Source of the DNA: the human T2T-CHM13v2.0 reference genome, Homo sapiens
DNA length: 64,000 nucleotides
Direction: 5' to 3' (one strand)
NCBI RefSeq assembly: GCF_009914755.1
Contig: NC_060945.1
Every line of letters starts with the position of its first letter. Position 1 is the stretch's first letter. Under the pieces are notes generated by a model. The model was not told where the DNA came from. It worked only from the letters and a program-made list of their open reading frames with translations, and made no database searches. Made by a program: the position numbers and the translations under genes. Below are positions 1 to 14,953 of the stretch, one piece after another.

Positions 1-2530
1 GGAATGTATGCAAGGAACAGAGAGTCTCCTTTGAGCGCTGTGGAAAGCTGGCTATAAAGTGTCCAAGGAAAAGGCACAGATCTGTGGCCAAGGAGTTCAG
101 TATCTTGGCTTTTACATCTCTCAAGGGCAGCATGAGCTTGGGTGGGAGCAAAAGAAGACTGTCTGTAGCATTCCTCAGCCAGACACAAGGCGGCAAGTGC
201 GGGAATTCCTAGGGGCAGCTGGTTTCTCCCGTATATGGATCCCCAACTACTCGCTCCTAGCAAAACCTTTATATGAGGCGATGAAAGGGCAGGGAAAGGA
301 GCCCCTCCTTTGGGGAAAAGAACAGGATATGGCTTTCAAGGAAATCAAGAAAGCTTTAATTCAGGCACCAGCACTAGGGCTGCCAGACATGACAAAGGCC
401 TTTTACCTGTATGTTCATGAAAGAAAAGAAATGGCTACAGTAGTCTTAGTGCAAATGCTAGGGTCATGGTATTGGCCTGTAGCATATTTGTCCAAGCAAC
501 TAGACTTTGTGGCTAAGGGATGGCCACCCTGTTTCAAGGAACTGGCCGCCACTGCCTTGTTAGCCGAGGATGCTAACAAGCTCACATTTGGACAGAAGCT
601 GATAATTCAGGTGCCCCACACAGTTGTCACCCTGATGGAACAGAGAGGACATCATTGGCTCTCTAACCCTAAGATGCTAAGATATCAAGGGCTCCTATGT
701 GAGAATCCATACATCACCTTAGAGACTGTGAATACCCTAAATCCAGCCACACTGTTACCAATAGAATATGTGGAACATGGGAAGCCCCCGTTATGTGCCC
801 CAGGGTACCACTGCTGTGTAGAAACAGTGGATGAAGTCTTTTCAAGCCAGAAAGACTTAAAGGATCAACCCTTAAAAGACCCAGATGTTGAATATTTTAC
901 TGATGGAAGCAGCTTCATATCCAAGGGTGTCAAAAAGGCCAGATTTGCCATAGTCACATTAAGCTCGGTGGCCAAGGCCCGCCCCCTAGCGGTAGGAACC
1001 TCAGCACAGAAGGCAGAATAGCTCTCACAAGAGCACTACTTCTAGCAAAGAGAAAGTCAGCGAATATCTATACTGACTCAAGATATGCTTTTGCCACCTT
1101 GCATGCTCATGGAGCCATTTACAAAGAAAGAGAACTGTTAACTACTGAAGGAAAGGAAATAAAGAACAAAAAGGAAATAGGGCAGGTCCTAGAGGCTGTA
1201 TGGGCTCCAAAGGAAGTAGCAGTCTTCCACTGTAAGGGACATCAAACAGGAGGAAGTGATGAGACTACAGGAAACAGAAAAGCAGACAAAGAAGTGAAAA
1301 GGGCTGCAATGACAGAAATAACAAAGAAAGAAGAGACTTATGTTATGCCCTCATTAGAGCCTCCCCTTGCAGAGACTCCTAACTACTCATCCAGTGAGAA
1401 GGTGTGGTTCACACAGGAAAATGGGTGTTATCAAAAAGGAGGCTGGTGGAAGTTTTCAGATGGGGAGGCGTGCCATTCCAGAAGCCATTGCCCCCCAATT
1501 TATAAAGCAGTTTCACCAAGGAACACACATGGGGAAGACAGCTTTAGAAATTCTCGTAGGGCAATATTTCTATGTGCCATGCCTAACTGCCATCACTCGA
1601 GCCATCTGTGAGCAGTGTGTTACTTGCATCCAGAATAACCTAAGGAAAGGGCCTACTCAGACCCCAGGAATTCAGGAAACAGGAGCAGTGCCATGTGAAA
1701 ACCTGCTTGTAAACTTTACCAAACTGCCTCAGGCTGGAGGCTATCAGTACATATTAGTGTTTGCACCTTTTCAGGGTGGATCAAGGCATTCCCCACCAGG
1801 ACAGAAAAGGCATGAGAAATAACCAGGATATTATTAAAAGATATTATTCTTAGATTTAGAATGCCTCTACCTTTAGGCTCGGACAACAGACCAGCTTTTG
1901 TAGCAGAAGTAGTACAGCAACTGACTCAGATGTTATAGATTAAATGAAAACTGCATACAGCCTATCAACCACAAAGTTCTGGAAAGGTTGAGAGAATGAA
2001 CAAGACACCGAAACAACTGTTGAAGAAGTTTTGCCAAGAGACTCATTTAAGATGGGATCAGGTATTACCCATGGTCCTTCTCTGAGTCAGGTGTACCCCT
2101 ACTACATTAAACGGGTATTCACCCTATGAGATAGTGTACAGCCGACCAACTGCACTTATATCTCAGGTAAAAGGAAATTTAAAGGAAATTGGAGAACTGA
2201 CCCTAAGAAGACAAATGCAGGCATTAGGTGAGGTAATACAAGAAGTACAAGGGTGGGTAAGAGAAACAATACCTGTTAGCCTTACAGATGCAATACATCC
2301 CTTTAAACCTGCTGACTCTGTGTGGGTTAAACGCTGGAATCCTACCACCCTCGGGCCCTTATGGGATGGCCCCCATATTGTAATCATGTCTACCCCTACC
2401 ACTGTTAAAGTTGCAAGTATTACACCTTGGATCCATCACAGCCGACAAACCTGCAGCCTCAGTTCAAGACCAGTGGACAAGTCAGCAAGATCCAGATCAT
2501 CCAACTCGACTGATCTTGCGGAGGAACCAA
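1..2530 (+). pseudogene. Retroviral pol remnant (RT C-terminus, RNase H, integrase) with stops and frameshifts
   Basis: ORF fragments: [58 protein letters not shown] zinc finger, WDGPH (GPY/F module). Confidence 0.93.
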
Positions 2531-2798
2531 GGCACAGCAGAAAAAGATGACTGCCCTGCCCCAACCACACCAGAGGCTGGTTGGTAAATGCACTGATGAA
2601 GCTTGAGGAAACGTCAAGCCCTGCTCTAGTCACACAACAGGAAGCTGACTAGTCTACGCATGGCTGAAGCCTGAGGAAGTTGGTGCTAGATAAGTAAATG
2701 TGGATTAAATTTGCAAGTGTAGTTATACTATTGCTTATACTGATTGTTTTGCTGTCATGCTATCTTTGCAATTGCTATCAAACTTGTTGCCCAGGAGG

Positions 2799-4982
2799 AT
2801 GCCTGTGCATAGTGTAAACTTGATCACAGTAGTGAAAATAATGCTAACAGGCACGGGAGGAAACCAAGATAATTGTCATCATTATATGATAGAAGCTTGG
2901 TTTGGTAAAGGTATAACAAAAACCCTGTTATATCAAACTTATTATTAGTGTACAGGAATCCCCTGGGGACATGTGTTTATAATCAAACCAGCTACTCTGT
3001 CTGTGACCCAAGTCATGGGCAACCTCAAGTATGTTATGATCTAGGCCTCCTACCCTACAACTTTTGGTTTGAAATTCAAATAGGGAAACCTTTGTTACCC
3101 ACATATGCCAATCCTAATAACGTTGGAACTGGGAAACTCATAAGCAAAACACGGGTATTACCTTATTCACATAAAGAATCAGTTTCTATATATTTTGATG
3201 CCTGTCAGGCTGCACACCTCAGCAACCTAATCCAGGAGAAGTCTGCAAGAACTTAGGACAAGAAAGAGTCAGCAGTAAGGCTGCTAAGATCATAATAGAA
3301 GAACCAGAAGAAGAATGTCCTGATTGTAACTTTCAACGGACCACACATGAATTCAGCCAACACCTATATACAGGGGGAGTAGCTCTGCTTGCCAGCCAAA
3401 AAGCAAAGATTGGTTGTGTGACTAACACATGCAACCCCCTTAATTTGACCATATTAAAGCCAAACATACCTTTTTGGACTAAAGGACATCAAGGAGAGCT
3501 AAGCTTTGATCAAGAAAGAGCAAACCTAGGTGTTTCATTGGTCATTATTAAAAAGACTCAATGAGCTAAAGTTCAAGTCAGTCCAATGTCACAGTTCAGA
3601 TTTTTCAGATCCTTCAATAAACATTTTAACCCCAAGGATCCAAAAGTTCAGATTCCACCAATGTCAGCCAAGAACCTATTTACTCAGCTAGCTGAAAGTA
3701 TTGCTACTAATCTTTGAGTCACCTCATGTTATGTATATGAAAGTACCAGTATAAGTAACCAATGGCCCTGGGAGGCTAGAAAACTAATGCCACAAGATAA
3801 CTTCACCATACTGGAATTTGTTACAAGGTTCAATGTATATCCAAGTGTCTGTCTATTAAAAACCCCTATCATTGGAAGATACTGCATAGCATGATAGGAA
3901 AAGACTTTCAGACTCCCGTAGGAGATACAACCTGTTTAGATCAGCAATATTTTGAAGAGTCTAAGAACAAGACACAGTGGAGAAGCTTCATAGACAATTC
4001 CTCTGTATCAGATTTTAACCCTCTCTCTCAGTTTCCAGCGCTGAATCAGTTGTGGTATCAACTAGACACTACAAATGTTTGGAGAGCACCATCAGGACTA
4101 TATTGGATCTGTAAGACAAAAGCCTACCAACTATTGCCCGAGAAGTGGACTGGAGCCTGTGTGTTAGGGACAATAAGACCATCCTTCCTCTTGCTCCCAC
4201 CAAAACAAGGGAAGATTTAAGTTACCCAGTCTATAATGAAGAAAGAAAAAGGACCAGAAGAAACATCTTTACTCAGATAAGTACTGTAGAAAAGATAAAC
4301 ACAAACATAAAGAAGGACATTAAGATAGGTAGCTGGAAAGATAACAAATGGCCTCCTGAAAGAATTATCAAATGCTATGGGCCAGCTAAGTGGGCCCAAG
4401 ATGGATCATGAGTCTACCGCACCCCTATTTACATGTGAAACCAAATTATAAGATTGCAAAGCAGTACTAGAGATCATAGTCAATAAGACAGCTCGAGCCG
4501 TGGATCTGTTAGCCATACAAGCCACTCAAATGAGAGACACTATATACCAAAATAGGCTAGCATTAGACTACCTCCTGGCCTCAGGAGGAGTTTGTGGCAA
4601 GCTTAATTTAACCAACTGTTCCTCACAAATCAATGATAATAGAAGAGCTGTTATGGAAATTACTGCCAGAATGCGGAGGTTGGCCCATGTCCCAGTCCAG
4701 ACTTGGTCCAGGTGGAGCCCAAACTCACTTTTTGGAGGATGGTTCTCATGGTTTGGAGGCTTTAAAACTTTGATAATTGGTTTTGTAGCTATAATTGGAG
4801 GATGTCTAATACTGCCTTGTCTTTTACCTCTCCTCTTCAGAAGCATCCAGTCTACTATTGAAGCAATAGTGGACCGAAAAACTACCACCAAAATGATGGT
4901 GCTACAAAAATACCAACCGATCCCCTGGGAAGAATATGTGCCTACACAGGAAGAGATAAACGATTATGGTGCTCTTTATTAA
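2799..4982 (+). pseudogene. Retroviral env remnant, ERV3-like; SU disrupted, C-terminal part of TM open
   Basis: TKTLLYQTYY..LGTCVYNQTSYSVCDP (ERV3-like N-terminus), furin site RKRTRR, immunosuppressive domain [10 protein letters not shown], membrane anchor [19 protein letters not shown]. Several stops and frameshifts. Confidence 0.92.
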
Positions 4983-5014
4983 TCTACATTTATAGCGAGC
5001 ACCAAAGGGGGAGA

Positions 5015-5512
5015 TGAAGAAAGAATTCATGAATTTTACAAGTATAATCAAAGACAAGACATTTTTACTTTTTCCTTCAAAAGCTAAGTGTAGTGTAGCA
5101 ACCTCACCCACCTCCCCCGACCCCGCCCCGGTAGAATACTAACTGCCTGTTTTTCCTTCTGTGCTCAGCGAGCCTTATCTGTACTTGCTAGTTTCACATT
5201 CCTTGAGGCTCAGTGAGTTCCTGCTTCACCTCTCTAGGGCAGCTGCAAAGTTACAAGGTTGATACAGAAACATGGTTTCCCAGGTATGTGTAACATGTAG
5301 TATAAATAAATGTAAAAGACTGATCAACTGCCTAAGTACGCTTCCTGCATCAAGTAGCTCCCGGACACTGACAGCTTAAAAGGTGGCTGCTTTCTTTGTC
5401 CGGGGCTCAGACTTTTCTGGACACTAGTCCAACTAAGCCAGGTGATCATCTTTTAATAAAGACCTTTCCTGAACTCTGTTCGGTCTCTCTTATCTCTGAT
5501 TGTCCTGCAACA
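5015..5512 (+). mobile_element. Proviral 3' LTR (~498 bp, LTR15-like)
   Basis: Starts TG immediately after the PPT, has AATAAA at 5455-5460, and ends ...tgcaaCA. Confidence 0.88.
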
Positions 5513-5708
5513 GTGAAACCCCATCTCTACTAAAAATACAAAAATTAGCCAGGCGTGGTGGCACGCACATGCCTGTAATCCCAGCTACTCAGGACGCTGA
5601 GGCAGGAGAATTGCTTGAACCCGGGAGGTGGAGGTTGCGGTGAGCCAAGATCATGTCATTGCACTCCAGCCTGCAACAAGAGTGAAACTCCACCTCGAAA
5701 AAAAAAAA
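5513..5708 (+). mobile_element. Alu (AluS-type), 3' two-thirds only, directly abutting the LTR
   Basis: Begins gtgaaaccccatctctactaaaaataca, then right arm and A-tail. Confidence 0.95.
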
Positions 5709-7155
<1,447 letters not shown>

Positions 7156-7160
7156 CTACA

Positions 7161-7497
7161 CAGTCAACCCTCTGTATCTATGGATTCTACATCCATGGAT
7201 TCAACCAATAGCAGATCAAAAATATTTGGGGGAAAAATAGATGGTTGTGCCTGTATTGAACATGTACAGACTTTTTTCCTTGTCATTATCCCCTAAATAA
7301 TTTAGTATAGCAACTATTTATATATCATTTATATTGTATTAAATACTGTAAGTAATCTACAGATAAGGTTTAAGAGAGGATATGCATAAACTATATGTAA
7401 ATAGTACATACTTTTATATCAGTACTTGAGGACCTGTGGATTTTTGTATACACAGGGTTCCTGAAACCAATCTGCCACAGATACTGAGGAGCAACTC
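7161..7497 (-). mobile_element. MER2 (Tigger-family MITE)
   Basis: Terminal inverted repeats cagtcaaccctctgtatct... / ...acagatactgaggagcaact and MER2-like internal sequence. Confidence 0.8.
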
Positions 7498-9129
7498 TAA
7501 TTCTATGTATATGTCTGGAGAAGTCAAACTTGGGCACAGTGGTTGCCAGCAGGTGGACTTGAAACCCAAAAAGCAGCATCAGGAAGTTTTTATGATTGAT
7601 GAAAATGTAAATTTTGATTGGGGTGGTGATTATATAACTCTTTGTATGTATGAAAATCCATAGAACTATACAACAAAAGAATAAGTTTTACTGTTACATA
7701 AAATTTTTGAAAGTAGCTTTAGCACAACATTTTCTAGAAGTCATCTGAAGTCACCTCTGTCGTGCATAATCCCTCTCAGCCCTAAGGTCTGAGGTCCTAC
7801 TCTACTGGAAGCACCTAGAAGGAGAGCTCTGCTGTTGTCTCTATCACAGTCTGTTACAAAAAGATAATTACTTGTTGACTGCATGCATAGTTTAATCTGG
7901 ACCATAAGGCATCACATTTTTATAACTCACATTCCCAATAATTTGGCAGTATTAAATCTCACTAATTGCACATTATCTGTATGGACAGATCTAAATAGGA
8001 AAAGCAAATAGATGGTTTCAGCAATTATCTAGGTAATTAAACTTAAGCATACATTGATCCAAACATGTGTTAGCATCTCCAGCCAGCAGGGAATGTAGAG
8101 AGTTTTGCTCAACAACCACAAAATGTATTTTAGTATTTTTTCCCCAGAGTAGAAACAATTGCATCCAGATTTCATACATTTAATAAATTTTCATAGTTTA
8201 TCCATGTTTAAATTTTACATAAAAGTTAAAATTGCATACTTGTTCTGTTTTCTTTTGCTCTGTTGCATATCCTAATGACTTCACCCTATTTTTTACCTAA
8301 CACATGAATAAGTAAAATATAATATTTCTCTATGTAAAAATGATTAAGAAGACAGTGAGATAAATAAAATATGGACAGACCTGTTTGTCTTTTCCCTTTC
8401 CTTTATAATAAGTGGCTAAGAAAAAGAAATGTATGCAGAGAACAATGGTTGTGTGCTCACCAACATTCTGTACTAAGGTGTAAATATCATAACCTGAGAT
8501 AGAAGATTTAAAAATGTTCCTCCTCCTTGATGTCTCTTCTAAGCATATATAAAAATGAAATTGTCTAAAATGAAGATAGTTACATATGTATAGATATTAA
8601 CTATTTATGATAAAACAAACTTTGGGGAAAAATGAAGGATCCAATAATAAAGGACACTAAATTTAATAATCCACAAAAGATAGAATACAAAGTAGCCATT
8701 AACTTAGGGAAAAAAAATGCTTACAACCCAGTTCATGATATAACATAGAACCAATAACGTTGTGTTCACCTTGTTTTTTATGTAAATAATGAGACTTGAA
8801 GATACTGCAGTGTAGGCTGAATGATGTATACACACAGACACTGTGTCATATAATGTAAAAAATTAAATGCATGTTTCAACTGTAACATATGTGTTTATGA
8901 GTAAATATAACAAAATATTAACAATTACTATCTCATAGTTGCAGAATTACATATGAATTAAAATTTCCAAATCTTCCACAATGGGAATAATTGACTATAT
9001 TTCTTATTGAAAAAGCTGTTATTTTTAAACTAGTAATAACTAAAAACAAAAGAAAAATAAAACAAGGACAAATTAAAAACTCCAAGAAAGATTTTAGTTT
9101 CAAGTCATTGCAAAGGTGCTTCTGAGCTG

Positions 9130-9265
9130 AGAAACCTTAGGTAGCCTGTGTATCAACTCTGGATTTCTATTTCTTAAACTAATAGAGAGGATACCTCATA
9201 GATTTGTTGCAAGGACTGAAAAAATAGCATTTGTAATGTAGTAGACACCAATTAAATGTTTCCAC
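9130..9265 (+). mobile_element. MIR fragment
   Basis: Degenerate MIR core (atacctcatagatttgttgcaaggactgaa). Confidence 0.55.
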
Positions 9266-10863
9266 TGTTACTCATCTAGAAAGCAGTTCACTAATATAAA
9301 ATAATTATCAAGGATATATCCTTAAAGATGCCTAAATAGTCAAAGAAATCATCAATCTTAGGTACACGATATATCTTAAGTGTGTCATCCAAAGCATGCA
9401 TGTTGGAGAAAACTGAAAATTCCTTGCTTACATATTAGTTCTCTATAGGAAATAATTAAATTCACTTTGGGGCAGATAACTCTAAAGATAAATTCTACTT
9501 TCAGAGATAAAATTGCAATCAATGCAGATTTTATTATCTAACTTTCTTAGTCAACTGTGATCAGAGCCTTCCTATATCCTTAACAACGCCCTGGGTGAGA
9601 GTATTGATCATTATAGTTCTCAGAGTGAGAATGGTAGCAGAAGTGAATAAAGAGTTTGAACAAGAAGTTTAGAAAGTAGTAATAATACAAATTTTCCAAG
9701 AGTCTAGGAGTATTTATATAGTTAGAGAAGGAGACATAGTTTCACAGAAGTATTTGGAATAAGGAATTTTGTTGATTAAATATTTCAACAAAATAGACAA
9801 GTATGTTTTATATAATTATGACGTGGTCAGCCTGTTCATTGAGCTGTGTATTTATAGATAAGAGAAGGCATAATGAAAGTCAAATTGGGGACCAATCAGG
9901 GACGGGAAGAAAATGAGAAGAAATGATTTAGCACCTAATATTAACTAAACACTTTACATATATTATAGCACTAAAAATAAATGTACAGAATGGCGAGACA
10001 AATATAGAAAGAAAAGCAACCATTTTATGAATAAGAATTATTGAATGCATTTATATATATTTGTAATATATCTTAATCAAATTTTGTTAAGATGTGTATT
10101 GATTATTGAATACCTAGGTAATAACTATAATTGTGTCCCACAACAGTTAGTGAAAATATGTGTTGTAATTTTCAGGATTTCAAACTAAAAAATTCTTAAG
10201 ATGTGTACCCAATTATACAATTACCACCTAGAATTATGTCATAACAACTTCTAGGCAAACTAAAGAGAGAATCATTTATTTTAATTATTTGTATTTTAAA
10301 ATTCTTATGTAATATAACAGCAGAAAAAAATTAATAAAAACAGTTTGATGTCATGGAAGAATGAAGTCAGAAAAAAGAAAAAAATAACAATTTTAAAAGT
10401 CGATTGTGAATTAAAATATTCCTTAATATGATAGGTAAAATGCTGATTTTTAAAAAAACCTAAGTATAATAATCTATTTGTTCAATAATGACTCTAATTG
10501 TTTTTTTTTTTTTTAAAAAAAAAAGCTTATTTCTCACCTTCCTTAAACAATTTGATTCTTCTCAAGTGAGGCACAACTCACACAACATAGAAAAACATAC
10601 ATATGGTACTCTCACTGTTGATTTTGTTTGAAGTTCCTGTTCCTTATTTGTATCACTTCTCAACATTTCTCTGAACCTGGACAGCATCATTTGAGGACCA
10701 AGGAAAAATTGGAGAGGGGGTGGTGGAGAGTGACAGTGGAGGAAACATTTTAGGATGGATCAACAAACTTTGTAAAATTGTAAAGTTAGTTTTTAAAAAA
10801 TTGCTACTTTTAGACACTCTTCAGAGTTCTAGAGTCCCAGTCCCCATATTCTCCCAAAGTTTA

Positions 10864-11208
<345 letters not shown>

Positions 11209-11641
11209 CTATGGGCTGCTGACAGACCAAGACTTGAACAGACTGCACTGCCCACAGTTTCTTGCTCATTCAGCACACCTGAGTGGAGCACCGCCCTCTC
11301 TGGTCACAAGCCCACACCTAGCATCATTTTGAGAGTTTAGTGATATGCTGTGCCTGACCCTTGGGCCAAGTTTGAGGAGATGCAGCTGCAGCTGCCAACC
11401 AGCCAGAGGAGGGATGGAGAGATCAAGCTCTTCTAAGCACACTTAGGACAATAACTACTCCCCTAATGCCAGCAGCTGTGGGACTGAGGTCTAGCCTGCC
11501 CCACCCAACACAGCCCCAGGAACACCAACATGGACCAGTTGTGTCCCAGTGCATTGCTCCACCACCACTCATCATCCACATGCTACCCAGAGATCTGAGA
11601 GCCTTCCCACACAGCTGGCTCACCACTCCCACTACTAACTT

Positions 11642-11916
11642 TTTTGTTGTTGTTGTTTTGTTTCGTTTTGAGACGGAGTCTTGCTCTGTCAACCAGGCTG
11701 GAGTGCAGTGGCACGATCTCAGCTCACTGCAAGCTCTGCCTCCCAGGTTCATGCCACTCTCCTGCCTCAGCCTCCTGAGTGGCTGGGACTACAGGCGCCT
11801 GCCACCACACCCGGCTAATTTTTTGTATTTTTAGTAGAGATGGGGTTTCATCATGTTAGCCAGGATGGTCTCGATCCCCTGATCTCATGATCCACCCACC
11901 TCGGCCTCCCAAAGTG
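11642..11916 (-). mobile_element. AluY-like element, 5'-truncated by ~30 nt
   Basis: gcaagctctgcctcccaggttcatgcca diagnostic stretch. TSD cccactactaactt at 11628-11641 and 11918-11931. Confidence 0.92.
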
Positions 11917-14639
11917 ACCCACTACTAACTTAAACAAGCTACTTGGAGGCCCCAAAATCATCCCTCCAGGACCAACTAGCACTGGGGCCAGTATAGGCTG
12001 TTCTGGGGCCTAAAAACAGGCACATTTACCCCACTCTGCCACCACTGGGGTCTGAAGCCTGGTTCAGTTAGCATCCAAGTCCCCATCAAAACTTTGCCAC
12101 AACATCAACTAATAACTACCTTAAGTCACTGAGGAAATCACAGTTAATACAGACTCTGTGTACTGCTGAAGAAGTCATACAAAATTATACTATCACAGGC
12201 ACCCAAAATCAAAACCAATATATCCTACTCAACCAACAATCTACAAACATCTTTAGGAAAAAATTCTCCCCTATAGAAGCACTTTAAAAAACTGAAACAA
12301 GTGACTGCTACACCAGATGTGTAGATATCAGTAGAAGGACACAGAAACATGAAAAAGCAGGGAAATATGACACCACCAAGGGACCGCAACAGTACTCAAG
12401 CAATAGATCCCAACCAGAAAGAATTCCTCAAAGTGCCAGGTAAATAATTCAAAATATAGAATTTAAAGAAGCTCAATGAGATGTAAGAGAAATCTGAAGA
12501 CTCATACAAAGACATCAGAAAATCAATTCAGGATATTAATGAGAAATTTACAAAGTTTCTTGAAAGAAAAAAAGCATAAATTCTAGAAGTAAAAATTTCA
12601 CTGAAGGAAATACAAAATACATCCAAAAGCTTCAATAAGCTTCAACAATAAATTAGACCAAGAAGAAGAAAGAATCTCAGAACTCAAAGATACGTTTTTA
12701 AAAATAATCCAGTCGGGCAAAAAACAAGCAAATAAACAAACAAAAAAACAAAGCCTTTAACATCTTTTACTACATGAAGTGACCAAACGTATTAATTATT
12801 GGTATTCCAAAGAAGGAGGAGAGATCACAAAGCTTAGAAAAACTACTTAAGGAAAGTGGATAAAAACTTCTCAATCTAACAGGAGAGTCAGACATGCAAA
12901 TACAGGAGTCCCACTATTTCCCAGGCAAATACACTGCAAATAGTACATCACTGTGGCATATTACCTTTAGGAGGTCTAAAGGCAAACTGAAAGAATTTTT
13001 AAATTAGCAAATGAAATGTATCTAGTCACCTATAAAGGAAGCCCCATCAGAATAACAACAGACTTTTTAGCAGAAACCTTATGAGCCAGAAGATAATTGA
13101 ATGACATTTTCAAAGTGCTGAAAACACACACACACAAAAAAGTTTTGGCCAAAATATTTATATCCTTCCAGAATAAGCTGCATAAATGAAGGAGAAATAA
13201 AGTATTTCCCAGACAAGCAAATGCAAAGAAAATTTTTCACCAATTAACAAGTCCTACAGGAAATGCTCAAAGGGATCCTAAACATGGAAACAAAAAGTCA
13301 ATATTCACCATCACAAAAACACAAAAATATAAAACTCACAGTTCTTATAAAACACTCACACAAAGGAAGAAGATACAGGAATAAAATGGCAACACTACAG
13401 AATCTCATAAAACCACAAAGTTCTTCAAAAAGATAAATAAAATTGATAAACCACTAGCTAGGCTAACCAAAAACAGAGAAGATCCAAATAAACACAATCT
13501 GTAAAGAAAAAAGGGATATTACAACTGACACCACAGAAATACAAAAGATCTTGAGAGACTATTATTAACAACTATGTGCTCACAAACTAGGAAACCTAGA
13601 GGAAGGGAGTAAACTTCTAGAAACATACAACCTCCCAAGACTGAACCTAGAAGAAATAAAACACCTCAACAGACCAAAAATGAGTAGCAAGATTGAATCA
13701 ACAATAAAATCTCACAACAACAACAACAACAAAAAATGCCCAGGACCAGATGGATTCACAACCAAATTCTACCAAACACACAAGAAACTAATACATATCC
13801 TCATGAAACAACTCCAAAAATTGAGGAGGAAGGAATTCTATTCTTTCTAACTCATTCTAAGAGGCCAGTATCACCCTCATATGAAAACCAGATAAAGACA
13901 CAACAAAACTACAGATTAATATTCCTGAAGAAAATAGATGCAAAAAATAGCAAATCAAATGCCATAGCACATTAAAAAAATAATACACTGTGATCATGTG
14001 GGATTTATTGCAGGGATGCAAGGATAGTTCCACATGTGCAAATTAATAACTATGACATATCACATAAGCAGAATGAAAGACATCATCTCAATAGATCTAG
14101 AAAAAGCATTTGATAAAATTCCACATCTTTTCACGAGAAAAATTCTCAACAAACTAGACATAGAAGGAACATACCTCACATAATAAAGACAATAAATGAC
14201 AGACTCACAGCCAGCATCAAACTTAATGGGGAAAAGTTGAAAGCATTTCCTTTAAAAATTGGAAAAATATAAGGAAGTTCACTTTCACCACTCTTATTCA
14301 ACGCAGTACTGTAAGTTCTCACCCCAGATAAATCAACCAAGACAACAAAATAAAAGGCACACAAATTGGAAAAGAGGAAGTAAAATTATCTCTGTTTGCT
14401 GATGATATATGCTTATATCTTGAAAACCCTAAAGACTCCACCAAAAAAACTCTTAAATTTAATAAGTGAATTCAGAAAAGTTTCAGCATACAAAATTACC
14501 ATACAAAAACCAGTAGTGTTTCTATACATCAATAATGATCTAGCCAAGGACAAAGTTAAAAAGACAATTTCATTTTGCAATGCTACAACACATTAAAATA
14601 CTTAGGAATATAGTTAATCAAGGAGGTAAATCATCACTT

Positions 14640-14953
14640 GGCCAAGCACAGTGGCTTGCCACTGTGGGAGGCTGTGAGCTCCTTGGGAGGCTGAAGCTGG
14701 AGGATTGCTTGAGCTCCAGAGTTCAAGATCAGCCTGGGCAACATAGGGACAACCCATTTCTACAAAAATAATTTTAAAAAAAATAGTCAGGCATGGTGGT
14801 GCATGCCTGTGGTCCCAGCTACTTGGGAGGCTGAGGTGGGAGGATCACTTGGGCCCAAGAAGTCAAGGCTGTAGTGAACTGTGATCATGCCAGTATACTT
14901 CAGCCTGGATGATAGAATGAGATTCTGTCAAAAAAACAAAACAAAAACAAAAC
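14640..14953 (+). mobile_element. AluJ
   Basis: Dimeric Alu with J-type ggaggattgcttgagc and ggaggatcacttgggccc. Confidence 0.9.

Larger units (their letters stand above)
1..5512 (+). mobile_element. 3' half of a defective class I (gamma-like) endogenous retrovirus of the ERV3/HERV-E/HERV15 (HERVERI) group; possibly HERV15/LTR15
   Basis: Order RT-RNaseH-integrase, env, polypurine tract (aaagggggaga, 5004-5014), TG...CA LTR. Env carries the ERV3-type WPPERII..YGPA.WAQDG motif. Exact family is uncertain. Confidence 0.93.

Noticed and set aside
59-2550. Pol ORFs as a domesticated retroviral gene
   Set aside because: Fragmented by multiple stops and frameshifts, consistent with neutral decay.
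10500-10525. T14-A10 palindrome
   Set aside because: Abutting homopolymers with no associated TSD or element; common in AT-rich introns.
10536-10700. Minus-strand short ORF (MMLSRFREMLRS...) with nearby GTGAG donors as a possible LIPI exon
   Set aside because: No lipase homology, no convincing acceptor, and it is not the expected terminal exon.
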